Shown: in pieces, positions 12,871 through 24,900 of the stretch | How the letters are laid out: every line of letters starts with the position of its first letter | How positions within the stretch are numbered: the first letter of the stretch is position 1 | Assembly: GCA_030390025.1 (NCBI GenBank) | Contig: JASTWF010000033.1 | Location: 932,001-996,000 of the forward strand | Reading direction: 5' to 3' | DNA from: Squalus acanthias | Taxonomy: Eukaryota | Length of the DNA stretch: 64,000 nucleotides | Translations under genes and position numbers: made by a program | Notes under the pieces: generated by a model | The model's database searches: none | What the model saw: the letters and a program-made list of their open reading frames with translations, nothing else | Told to the model about the DNA's origin: nothing

Positions 12871-13368
12871 GCTCCTACTGTACCTAACCTGATGGCAGTT
12901 GATGGTAGGTGTAGCTGGAGCTTTTTTCGGATCTTAGTCTTGCTTTGCACATACGATGCTGGCATTTTCTCTGGGCACAGAATGAGGTGGTGGTCGAGAA
13001 GTACTTAATATATTTCAGAGAAATAATGAGGTTGTTCCACTTCTCTGGTCACTTTCATTCTTGCAATTTAAGATTGGAAATCATATTATGTTTGATGCCC
13101 ACTTCACATGCTCATTTTTAGCTATGTTGATCTCAGATGCTTAGGCCTTTGACTTTCCCCTAGATTTCTCAAGAACTGGAAGTTTTTGTATTGTAACAGG
13201 GGCCAGCGCTTTATTTTATCAAGAGAAGTTCAATCTGACCTGCAATGGACCGTCATAACTTCTTACCATAAACGTGAATTAAAAAAAGATTGCAATGTGA
13301 GAGTTTTAGTACCCCTTTATTACAGACCTGTTCAACGTGACACTTTGCTCCTCTTCTCTTCTGGCTAG

Positions 13369-13481
13369 TGGTGTGTATCTAGAACCTGGAACTGGTTAAC
13401 CGGAGACAGTTACCTTCTGGCACTGATTATGCTGATCGGATTCATGTTCTTTTAGATGTTCCTTTCAAAGTGCTATTCCAG
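13369..13481 (+). pseudogene. Exon E: WCVSRTWNWLTGDSYLLALIMLIGFMFF*MFLSKCYS (second hydrophobic segment)
   Basis: Pyrimidine-rich acceptor ctcttctcttctggctag; donor AG|gtaaat; phase 0/2; in-frame TAG at 13453-13455. Confidence 0.7.
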
Positions 13482-13499
13482 GTAAATGTTACTCTGACA

Positions 13500-13952
13500 G
13501 CGGGAGAAGCAGCGGATCAAAAACAAAGGGAAAGCGACGTAAAGGGATAAGGCTTGGGAGACTGACAGAGTCAGATATAGGGAGAGAAGCAGCAACAGAT
13601 GAAGAAAGCCAGGTAATGTCAGAAAGAGAGAAATAAATCTACAAACACACAGCGAGACGTAAGGGAGCAAACAGAGAAAAGGAGAGACAGAAACAGAGAG
13701 AGGGGGCTTATAAGATATACAGGCGAAACACGGGGACAGAGATAGAACGAAGCTGAGAGAGAGAGAGAGGTGAAAGACAGAGACAGAAAAAAGAGAGTGA
13801 GGAGACCAAGAGAGCGACAGGGAAAAAGAAAGAGACAGAAAGAGAGATTGAACCAAAGTTAGAGGGAAGCGAGAGACAGCGAGAGACAGCGAGATACAGC
13901 GAAAGAGAGAGAGAGAGAGACAGCGAGATACAGCGAAAGAGAGAGAGAGAGA
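13500..13952 (+). repeat. GA-rich low-complexity region / (GA)n microsatellite
   Basis: Runs of gagaga and gagacagc units. Confidence 0.85.
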
Positions 13953-14124
13953 TTGAAGGAGACTATCATCAATAGAGGGGTAGGCATTTAACCAGGGAGG
14001 AAGATTTCTGCAGGTGCAGTTTGCCAGATGTACAATAATGTTAGATTGTGACTGAGGAGACGAGAAAACTGCTCATCAATACATGGTATCCTGGGCTGTA
14101 TAAATTTCTGCCTCCATTTTTCAG

Positions 14125-14209
14125 CACCAAAACGACCCTATGGAGGAAGGAGAAAAAGAAACTAGAGGCAAACCGTGACTATGTCCAATGTGTTGTGGTT
14201 GAGAAAAAG
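14125..14209 (+). pseudogene. Exon F: TKTTLWRKEKKKLEANRDYVQCVVVEKK
   Basis: Acceptor ccatttttcag; donor AAG|gtgaaa; phase 2/0. Confidence 0.75.
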
Positions 14210-14435
14210 GTGAAATTTCCCTGTCTTCCTGTCCTCTCTCTGATCATAACACTCTACCTATATTCTTCTCTATATTTACATTTGCATTCCATTTGCCTTT
14301 TACATGCCTTGTATTTACCTTCTGTGTTTGCATATCTGTCTCTCGACAATTATTTTCACCAGACATTCCTGTTTTGATGAAATTCATGCTTGAATTTCCT
14401 TTATTAACACGGGCATACTCCTTTCTTTGTTGCAG

Positions 14436-14492
14436 GCACAGCTCTATGAGATGTACCTCCATCAGTGTGTCTCTGAACAGGAACTGAGCTAA
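14436..14492 (+). pseudogene. Last coding exon G: AQLYEMYLHQCVSEQELS*
   Basis: Acceptor ctttctttgttgcag; phase 0; TAA at 14490-14492. Confidence 0.75.
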
Positions 14493-14568
14493 AACTGACC
14501 AGCAGTAGGACTTTGGAAAGTGAGACAATAACATGATGCGATTTCTAACTCTGGGCGCCCATGAGTGC

Positions 14569-17198
14569 ATGGTGGTATAGTGTTTATGTTATTGGGCTAG
14601 TATTTCAGAGGCCTGGGATAATGATCTGGAGACGTGAGTTCACATCCCACCTCGGCAGCTGGGGAATTTAAATGCAGTTAATTAAATAAAAGTCTGGAAT
14701 AAAAATCTAGTATCAGTAATGGTGACCATGAAAATATCAGATTGTCGTAAAACCCCATCTGGTTCAAGAATGTCCTTTAGGGAAGGAAATCTGCTGACCT
14801 TACCTGGTCTGGTGATATGTGACTCCAGACCCACTGCAATGTGTTTGACTCTGAAGGGTCCTCTGAAATGGAATAGCAAGTCACTCAGTTGAACCAAACC
14901 GCTATGAATAAGAATAAAACCGGACGGAACTCCTGGCATGGACCTCGGCACTGGCATACCCAGCCCAGTCGAACCTGCCAAATCCTCCTCACGAACATTA
15001 GGGACTTTTTGCCAAAATTGGGAGAGCTGTACCACAGACTTGTCAAGCAACAGCGTGACATAGTCATACTCACAGAATCATAACTTTCAGCCAATGTCCC
15101 AGACTCCTTCATCACCATCCCTGGATATGTCCTGTCCCACCAGAGATGGGGGCACAGTGGTATACATTCGGGAAGGCTTGGACCTGGGAGTCCTCAACAT
15201 TGACTGGGAACCCCATGAAGTCTCATGGCTTCAGTTCAAGCATGGGCAAGGAACCCGCCTGCTGATTACCACCTACCGCCCTTACTCAGCTGATGAGTCA
15301 GTGCTCCACCATGTTGAGCACCACTTGGAAGAAGCACTGAGAGTAGAAAAGGCACGTAATGTACTCTGGGTGGGGGTCTTCAATGTCCAACACCAAGAGT
15401 GGCTCGGTAGCACCACTACTAGCCGAGTCCTGAAGGACATTGTTGCCAGTCTGTGCCGGCAGCAGGTGGTGAGAGAACCAACACGAGGGAAAAATCTACT
15501 TGACCTCGTCCTGACAAATCTACCTGTCGCAGATGCAGCAGGCAGTGGTAGCACTGACCACCGCAATGTTATTGCGGAGATGCAGTCCCGTCTTCACACT
15601 GAGGACACCCTCCATCGTGTTGTGTGGCACTACCACTGTGCTAAATGGGAAAATTCAGAACAGAACTAGCAATTCAAAACTGGGCATCCATGAGGCGCTG
15701 TGGGCCATGAGCAGCAGCAGAATTGTATTCCACCACAATCTGTAACCTCATGGCCCGGCATATCCCTCAATTTCCCATTAGATTCGAGGCAGGGTACCAA
15801 ACCTGGTTCAATAAGGAGTGCAGAAGAGTATGCGAGGAGAAACACCAGGCGTACCTAAAAATGGGTTGCCAAACTGGGGAAGCTGCAACACAGGCACGTG
15901 CAGGTTAAACAGTGGAAGAAGCATGCTATAATCAGAGCTAAGCGATCCCACAATCAACGAATCAGATCAAAGCTCTGCAGTCCTGCCACATCCAGTTGTA
16001 AATTTTGGTGGACCATTAAACAACTAACGGGAGGAGGAGGCTCCATTATTATCCCCATCCTCAATAATGGCAGAGCCCAGCACGTGAAGGCAAAATACAA
16101 GGCTGATGCGTTTGCAACCATCTTCAGCCAGAACAGTCGAGTAGATGATCCATATCGGCAGCCTCTTGAGGTTCCCCACCGTCACAGAAGCCAGTCTTCA
16201 GCAAATTCGATTCACTCCACGTGATATCACGAAACGGCTTAGCCCACTGGATACAGCAAATGCTCTGGTACCCGACAACATCCAAGCTGTCTTGCTGAAG
16301 ACTTGTGCTCCAGAACTAGCTGCGCCTCTAGCCAAGCTGTTCCAGTACAGCTGCAACACTGGCATCAGTACAGCTGCAACACTGGCATCGGTTCAATAAT
16401 GTGGAAAAGTGCACAAGTATGTCCTGTCCACAAAAAGCATGACGAATCCAATCCGGGCAATTACCGCCCGATCCGTCTACGCTCAATGATCAGCAAAGTG
16501 ATGGACGTTGTCATCAACAGTGCTATCAAGCGGCGCTTACTCACCAATAACCTGCTCACCAAAGCTCAGTTTGGTTTCCGGCAGGACCATTCGGCTGCAG
16601 ACCTCATTTCAGCCTTGGTCCAAACACGGACAAAAGAGCTGAATTCCAAAGCAGAGGTGAGAGTGTCTGCTCGTGACATCAAGGCAGCATTTGACCGAAT
16701 GTGGCATCAAGGAGCCCTAGTAAAACTGAATTCAATGGGAATCAGGGGGTAAAGTCTCCACTGGCTGGCGTCATACCTAGCACAAATGAAGATGACTGTG
16801 GTGTTTGGAAGTCAATCATCACAACCCCATGACATCGTTGCAGGTGATCCTCAGCTTAATGTCCTCGGCCCAACAATCGTCAGCTGCTTCAGCCATGACA
16901 TTCCCTCCATCATAAGCTCAGAATTGGGGATGTTCGCTGATGATTACACAATTTTCAGTTCCATTCCTAACTCCTCAGATAATGAAGCAGTCCATGCCCA
17001 CATGCAGCAAGATCTGGACGACATTCAGGCTTGGCCTGATAAGTGGCAAGAAACTTTCACGCCACACAAGTGATAAGCCATGATTATCTCCTACAGGAGA
17101 AAGTTTAACCACCGCCCCTTGACATTCAAAGGCATTACCATCACTGAATATCCCACCTTCAATATGCTGGGGTTCACCGATGAACAGAAACCTGACTA
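14569..17198 (+). mobile_element. CR1-like LINE (APE endonuclease + RT, frameshifted, 3' end missing) with tRNA-derived SINE-like 5' head
   Basis: Head 14569-14890 matches the SINE at 3886-4175. Coding remnants follow: DIVILTES, GGTVVYI, LITTYRP, LLDLVLTN, TDH, NYRPI, QFGFRQDHS, DIKAAFDRMWH, FADD. A 23-bp tandem duplication lies at 16343-16388. Confidence 0.85.
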
Positions 17199-17329
17199 TG
17201 ATGCTCTTCTCATTATAATAGATTGATCACTGTAGCCTAACGTGCACCCACCCCCCGACCTTTTCATTTAAAAAATACTCAAACCAGCTAGAAGCATATG
17301 GCTGAGGAGACGGGCCAGCATGGACTTCT

Positions 17330-18420
17330 TATTACAACAACGTTCATTAATATAGCGCAATTAAATTAATAAAAATCCTCAAGGCGCTTCCAATGAGTGT
17401 AATCAGACACAAAGGGCTAAGGAGCCAAAAAAAGAGACACGTGGACAAGTGACCAAAAGCGTGATCAGAGGTAGGTTTTAAGGAGAGTCTGAACGGAGAG
17501 GAGAAATGCAGAGCTTCAGGGATGAAATTTCAATTTTTAGAGCGTATAAAACTAAAGGCACGGCTGCCAATGGTGGGGCGAAGAAAGTGGAGGACGCACA
17601 GGAGGAATTTTTTTGGCTCATCCTTGAATGGAGGGCAGACAAGTTATTTGACAACACAGAGACAGTGGAGGAGTTAAGAGAGTTGGTGGTGAGGTAGAGT
17701 TGTGTGTCTTCAGCATACACGTGGAATCTGATGTGGTGTTTTCGGCTGATGTCGCCAAGGCGCAGTGTGTAGATGCGAAATAAAAGGATCAAAAAGTATA
17801 ACCTTTGGGGTTAGAGGTAACGGTGCGAGAGCGCGAAGATAAACCATTGCAGGATATTCTCTGGCTCAGAGTGCATAGGTAAGAGCGTAACCAGACGAGG
17901 GCAGTTCGACACAGCTGTAAAATGGAGGAGAGGCGTGGAGAAGGATGGTGCTGTCAATCGTGTCAAAGACGGGAAGAATGAAGAGGGAGAGTGCACCATG
18001 GTCACAGACACAGAGGATATAATTTCTAACTTCAATAAGGGCCGTTTCAAGTACTGTCCAAAGGCAGAAACTTGATTGCAGAGATTCAAAGAGGGAATTG
18101 TGGGAAAGATGGACAGGAATTTGGGAGGCTACAATAGGATCATGTAATTTAGACAGGAATATGATGTTGGAGATGGGGCGCTAGATTGCAAAAGTCAGCG
18201 GGGATCAAGGGTGGATTTGTCAGGAGGGAGTGATGGAGGCAGATGTGAAAGGGAATGGACAGTACCAGTGCAGAGGGAACCATTCACAATATCAAATAGC
18301 ATGGGGCTGCGAAGAGAAAGTGGAAGGTCAGCTCTTTAGTGGCAATTGGGTTAAGGCAGCAGGAGGTGATTTTCGGGGACAACATGAGCTTGGACCGTAC
18401 ACGACGGGTAATAGGGGAAT
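17330..18420 (-). mobile_element. Degraded L2 LINE fragments
   Basis: Minus-strand frame FHVYAEDTQLYL and reverse L2 tail (tatagcgc..ctcaaggcgcttc). Confidence 0.7.
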
Positions 18421-18559
18421 TAATGGGATTTCAGTAAGTGTATAATTAAATTGCAAAGTCAGGTAAATTTAGCGGCAGGCAGCAATTCTTTAGTTAAAAA
18501 TAGAATAAAGGAGACTTTAGGCGTACACAACAATTGTTTATTTATCAGTAGAACAACTG

Positions 18560-21080
18560 GATCTATAGGGGAACACAGTAACTGTGTAATTAGAGATAGA
18601 GGACAGGGTAATTTAGGAGAACACAGTAACTGTGTAATTAGAGATAGAGGACATGGTAACTCAGGGGAACACGGTAACTGTGTAATTAGAGATAGAGGAC
18701 AGTGAAATTTAGGAGAACACAGTAACTGTGTAATTAGAGATAATGGACAGGGTAATTTAGGAGAACACAGTAACTGTGTAATTAGAGATAGAGGACAGTG
18801 AAATTTAGGAGAACACAGTAACTGTGTAATTAGAGATATAGGACAGGGTAATTTAGGAGAACACAGTAACTGTGTAATTAGAGATAGAGGACAGAGTAAT
18901 TTAGGGGCACACAGTAACATTGTAATTAGAGATAGAGGACAGGGTAATTTAGAAGAACACGGTAACTGTGTGATTAGAGATGGAGGACAGGATAATTTAG
19001 GGGAACACAGTAACTTTGTAATTAGTGATATAGGACAGGGTAATTTAGGGGAACACAGTGACTTTGTAATTAGTGATAGAGGACAGGGTAATTCAGGGGA
19101 AAACAGTGACTGTGTAATTAGAGATAGAGGACAGAGTAATTCAGGGGAAAACAGTAACTCTGTAATTAGAGATAGAGGACAGGGTAAGTTATGGAACAGA
19201 GTAAATGTTTAATTAGAGATAGAGGACAGGATAATGTAGGGAAACACAGTAATGGTGCAATTAGTGACAGAGGACAGGGTAATTTAGGGGAACACAGTAA
19301 CTGTGTAATTAGTGATATAGGACAGGGTAATTTAGGGGAACACAGTAAGTATGTAATTAGAGATAGAGGACAGGGTAATTTAGGGGAATACAGTAATTGT
19401 GTAATTAGAGATAGAGGACAGGGTAATTTAGGGGAACACAGTAACTGTGCAATTAGAGATAGAGGACAGTGTAATTTAGGGGAACACAGTAACTGTGCAA
19501 TTAGAGATAGAGGACAGTGTAATTTAGGGGAACACAGTAACTGTGTAATAAGAGAGAAGGACAGTGTAATATAGGAGAACACGGTAACTGTGTAATTAAA
19601 GATAGAGGGCAGGGCAATTTAGGAGAACACGGTAACTGTGTAATTAGAGATATAGGACAGGGTAATTTAGGGGAAAACAGTAACTGTGTAATAAGAGAGA
19701 AGGACAGTGTAATATAGGAGAACACGGTAACTGTGTAATTAGAGATAGAGGACAGGGTAATTTAGGAGAACACAGTAACTGTGTAATTAGAGATAGAGGA
19801 CAGGGTAATTTAGGGGCACACATTAACTGTGTAATTAGAGATAAAGGACAGAGTAATTTAGGGGCACACAGTAACTGGGAAATTAGAGACAAGGACAGTG
19901 TAATTTAGGAGAATACAGTAACTTTGTAATTAGTGAGAGAGGACAGGGTAATTCAGAGGAAAACAGTGACTGTGTAATTAGAGATAGATGACAGAGTCAT
20001 TTAGCGGAACACAGTAACTGTGTAATTATAGATAGAGGACAGGGTAATTTAGGGGAACACAGTAACTGTGTAATTAGTGATAGAGGACAGGGAAATTTAG
20101 GGTAAAACTGTACTGTGTAATTAGAGAGAGAGGAGAGGGTAAATTAGGGGAACACATTAACTGTGTAATTAGAGATAGAGGACAGGGTAATTTAGGGAAA
20201 CACGGTAACTGTGTAATTAGAGATAGAGAACAGTGTAATTTAGGAGAACACAGCAACTGTGTAATTAGTGATACAGGACAGGGTAATTTCGGGGAACACA
20301 GTAACTTTGTAATTAGAAATAGAGGACAGGGTAATTTAGGGGAACACAGTAACTGTGTAATTAGTGATACAGGACAGGGTAATTTAGGGGAACACAGTAA
20401 CTGTGTAATTAGAGATAGAGGACAGGGTAATTTAGGGGAACGCAGTAACTGTGTAATTAGAGATAGAGGACGGAGTAATTTTGGGGAACACAGTATCTGT
20501 AATTAGAGATAGAGGACAAGGTAATTTAGGGGAACAAAGTAACTGTAATTAGAGATAGATGACAGGGTAATTTAGGGGAACCCAGTAACTGTGTAATTAG
20601 AGATAGAGGACAGGGTAATTTGGTGGAACACAGTAACTGTGTAATTAGAGATAGAGGAAAGAGTAATTTAGGGGAACACAGTAACTGTTTAATTAGTGAC
20701 AGAGGACAGGTTAATTTAGGGGAACACGGTAACTGTGTAATTAGAGATAGAGGAAAGGGTAATTTAGGGGAACACATTAACTATGTAATTAGAGATAGAG
20801 GACTGGGTAATTTAGGGGAAGACAGTTACTGCGTAATTAGTGATAGAGGACAGGGTAATTTAGGGGAACACGGTAACTGTAATGAGAGATAGAGGACAGG
20901 GTAATTTAGGGGAACACAGTAACTGTGTAATTAGAGATAGAGGACAGGGTAATTTAGGGGAACACTTTAACTGTGTAATTAGTGATAGAGGACTGGGTAA
21001 TTTAGGGGAAGACAGTTACTGCGTAATTAGAGATAGAGGACAGGGTAATTTAGGGGAACACAGTAAGTGTGCAATTAGAG
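18560..21080 (+). repeat. 48-bp satellite (AATTAGAGATAGAGGACAGGGTAATTTAGGGGAACACAGTAACTGTGT; 46-bp variant lacks one GT), block 1
   Basis: Direct tandem repeats; degenerate units extend back to about 18460. Confidence 0.98.
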
Positions 21081-21081
21081 G

Positions 21082-21151
21082 TCATGATGCGGAGATGCCG
21101 GCGTAGGACTGGGGTGGACAAAAGTGAGAAGTCGCACAACACCAGGTTATA
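21082..21151 (-). mobile_element. Penelope-like terminal repeat fragment, left part, split by Tx1 copy 1
   Basis: Reverse complement of the PLE end at 45083-45151; continues at 32846-32910. Confidence 0.9.
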
Positions 21152-21641
21152 GTCCAACAGTTTTATTTGAAATCACAAGCTTTCGGAGCGGCTGACTGAG
21201 GAGCAGCGGCAGCAGAGTGGTGGTCTCTGTGGCCAGGAAGAGGAGAAGGAGAAGGAGAGCAGACAGCAGGCCACCACCAACAACAACCAACAACCACAAC
21301 TACTGAGGTGCCTGGAGAGAGAGGACAGGAGAGGAGAGAGAAAAGAAAAGAAGGCCAAGGCCATTAACAACAGAGGAGAGGCCTTTCCACACTGCCTCAT
21401 CAATTGGCCTCCATTTTAGGAGAGGGAGAGAGGGGAGAAAACAACAAAACATCCATCATCTGTTTGGAAGGAGGAAGGAAGGAAAGAACATCAGCTACAG
21501 GTGGGTGTGATTCTGGTGCACTCTCCCAGAGACTTTGTTTTGTAGGTGGGGGGAGGAAAGAAGAAAAATAAGAAGGCCGGAACATCCAAGGGGTGTGTGT
21601 GTGTGTGTGTGTGGCTTCTGTAAAAGCTAGGCCGCACACAC

Positions 21642-21824
21642 TGTGGTAACACTTTTCAGCTTCCTGTATGACATCACTTCCTGTAATCAGTCCAGGATAA
21701 ATACTGGACTGATCAGTTAGCTCTGGAAGAGGCATAGGGTAAGACCTCTTTTGTATGCAGCACCGTTTTAAGTTGATTAAAGCTTACATTAAGTTTACCA
21801 CGCGTAAGGCTCATTCTTACGACA
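21642..21824 (+). repeat. Gypsy 5' LTR
   Basis: TGTGGTAAC...TTACGACA; identical by eye to the 3' LTR. Confidence 0.97.
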
Positions 21825-21901
21825 ATTTAATCAACTTTTGAAACTTCGCACTCAAACTTTTTGGACGAACTCGGAGCTAAGGATCCAGGGAATCACCCAT
21901 C

Positions 21902-24900
21902 ATGGAAAACATCCTTAAACCATCGCGTCTTGACTTGGACCCAAACACCCCAGCAGCCGGTAAGGTGTGGAAACACTGGTATCGCACGTTTGAGAATTTT
22001 CTTGAGTATTGCAAAGCTGATGATAACTCAAAGTTGCGGATACTCATCAACTGTGTCACCCCGAATGTATTTCAGTATGTGGAAGACTGGGACAGTTATG
22101 AGGAGGCAATTCAGACGCTTAAGAGACTATATACTAAGACACCGAATGAGGTCTATGCTAGACATCTACTAGCTACAGCCCAACAAGGGCCGGAGGAATC
22201 CATTGATAAATTCCTCCAAGAGCTTCGCAGGCTTAGTATGGACTGTAACTTTCGGGCAGCCTCAGCTGAGCTATACCGCGAAGAAATGATCCGTGATGCG
22301 TTCATCTGCGGGCTTGCCTCCCCATTTATACGCCAGCGTCTACTGGAAAGTAAGACACTTGAGCTGCAGAGAGCTTATGACCTGGCTTGCTCTCTAGATC
22401 TGGCAAAAAGAAATGCAGACCTTTTTACAGTGCCCAGACCTCGGTCTGCTGCCTTAACTACAGTCAGGCAATTTAAGAGGCCACAGGTGAACTCTATTAG
22501 GGAGGACTTTATCCCTGACGATCGATCTGATGACTTCACTGATGAAGAGGATGATGACCCCACTGTGGCAGCCTCTTGGCAATCTAAGAAATGCTTTTTT
22601 TGTGGTGATGAGTTTCACCCTCGGAGATTCTGCCCTGCTCGCAATGCGTTTTGCAGTCATTGCAACAAAAAGGGTCATTTTGTAAAGGTTTGCCTATCAA
22701 GAGCCTCTACGAGGGCTTATCAAGCTAAGTCCTACCGAACTGCCCCAGTAAGGGCCTATCAGGATGTTCCAACTAAAAACTATCGTGCTTCCTCTCGGGT
22801 TTTTTCTCGAAGAAACACACCTAGAATTTCAGCCACTCTTTGTGCAACGACACCAATTACAGCTGCTTGTCCTCAGAATCTATTCCATGCAGCTACAAAA
22901 GCATCAATTAATGGACATACTTTAGATGCCTTAATTGACTCAGGTAGCACTGATAGTTTCATTAGGGAACAGACTGTTGCACAGTTAAAGCTACATGTTT
23001 TTCCATCGGACCAGGCAGTTGCGATGGCTCAGTCATCACTTAATACCAGAATTTCTGGCTTCTGTGTAGTTGAAATAATGCTTAAAGGTCACAGGTATCC
23101 CTCCACCCGGCTTTCGGTGCTCAAGGACTTATGTAGTGATCTTATCTTAGGGCTGGATTTTCAAAAGCAGCATAAGAAGCTTACCATTGAGTTCGGCGGA
23201 TCCAAACCTGAACTCACTATTTCTAATATACGACCTCGATTACCGTTCTGTGCCTTGTCAGCAGCTTCACTGGATGAACCCTCACTGTTTGCCAGTATCC
23301 CTCCTCGATGCAAACCGATTATAACAAAGTCACGCCGTTTCAGTCAGGAAGACCAGTCTTTTATTGCGGCTGAGATTTCTCGGCTTTTAGCAGAGGATAT
23401 CATCGAGCCTTGTTCGTCGCCATGGCGCGCCCAGGTCGTTATTGTTAAGAACCCTCTACAACCTCACAAGAAACGGCTGTGCATTGACTATTCACAGACC
23501 ATCAATCAGTATACGGACTTGGACGCATACCCATTGCCGCGCATCGATGATATGGTTAATAAATTGGCTGAGTACACGGTGTTCTCGACTTATGATCTGA
23601 AAAGCGCCTATCATCAGGTACCCTTGAAGGTCTCAGACAAGCAGTATACAGCCTTTGAAGCCAATGGGCGGCTGTATCAATTTCGTCGCCTCCCCTTTGG
23701 GGTCACTAATGGAGTGGCTGTCTTCCAGCGAGCAATGGATGACCTGGTCAAACAGGAAGACTTGAAGGATACGTTTCCTTATCTGGACAATATTACTGTC
23801 GCAGGTCGCAATCAGCAGGAACATGACGCCAATCTCCAACGATTTTGGGATGCACTCCAGCACCGTAATTTGACATTGAATGCGGCTAAATCCATTGAGT
23901 CACAACCAACTATCAACATCCTTGGCTATTGTGTGGGCAATGGCATCATTAAACCTGACCCTGAAAGGCTTCGCCCACTCCAAGAACTCCCGCCACCTAA
24001 GAATCCGGCCTCCTTGCGCCGGGCCCTCGGCCTGTTTGCATACTATGCGAAATGGATTCCTAACTTCTCGGACCGAATCCAACCTCTACTGAAGGCCAGC
24101 ACATTCCCACTAGACACAACGGCTGTTGCAGCCTTTAACCTCCTGAAAAAGCAGTTGGAGAAAGCGGCTCTTCACTCCATCGATGAGAGTCTTCCTTTCG
24201 TGGTTGAGTGTGATGCCTCGGAGGTGGCAATCTCAGCCACTCTGAATCAGGAAGGTCGTCCGGTGGCATTTTTGTCCAGGACTTTTCAAGGGGCTGAGCT
24301 ACATTATCCTCCAGTCGAGAAAGAAGCTACAGCCATCATAGAGGCAGTACGGAAGTGGAGTCATCTCCTGGCTCGCCAGCACTTTACCTTAATCACGGAC
24401 CAGCGATCGGTCGCCTTCATGCTCGATAATCGAAAACGGACCAAAATTAAAAATAATAAAATCCAGCTTTGGCGGCTGGAATTGGCCTCTTTTGGTTACA
24501 CCATCCACTATCGACCTGGCAAGGAGAATGTGGCTCCGGATACCCTCACACGAGCATTCTGCTCCGCCATGGCACCCTCTACGCTCGTAGACATCCATGA
24601 TGGGTTGTGTCATCCAGGCGTTACTCGCATGCTGCACTTCGTGCGGTCCCGAAATCTCCCATTCTCTACCGGGGATGTAAAGAAGATGTGCTCGGACTGC
24701 AGAGTCTGTGCGGAATTGAAACCTCGGTTTTTCCGCCCCTCGGGTGGTATACTCATACATGCGACCCAGCCAATGCAAAGGCTTAGCATCGATTTTAAGG
24801 GGCCGTTGCCCTCTTCGACTCGCAACACTTATCTATTAACAATGGTTGATGAGTATTCTCGTTTTCCGTTTGCCTTTCCCTGCCCCAATATGCTGACAAC

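Larger units (their letters stand above)
1044..14492 (+). pseudogene. 3' part (7 exons) of an EHD/sarcalumenin-like dynamin-superfamily GTPase gene with two predicted C-terminal TM helices; apparently disabled
   Basis: Seven AG-bounded exons join with consistent phases into one frame, including a G4-like LSKAD motif, a helical region, two hydrophobic segments and a terminal TAA. There are three in-frame TAG codons and one donor reading AT instead of GT. The 5' exons lie outside the window. Confidence 0.8.

Noticed and set aside
6519..13455. Programmed TAG read-through in the GTPase-like gene
   Set aside because: All three stops are TAG, but they lack a shared read-through context, and a broken splice donor points to ordinary decay.
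16343..16388. 23-bp tandem duplication in the CR1-like LINE
   Set aside because: A simple post-insertion slippage event in a dead element.
18451..21106. ORFs with 16-aa repeats (GEHSNCVIRDRGQGNL / LLCSPKLPCPLSLITQ), here and throughout 44-64 kb
   Set aside because: They are translations of the 48-bp satellite; frames break at every 46-bp unit and there is no gene structure.
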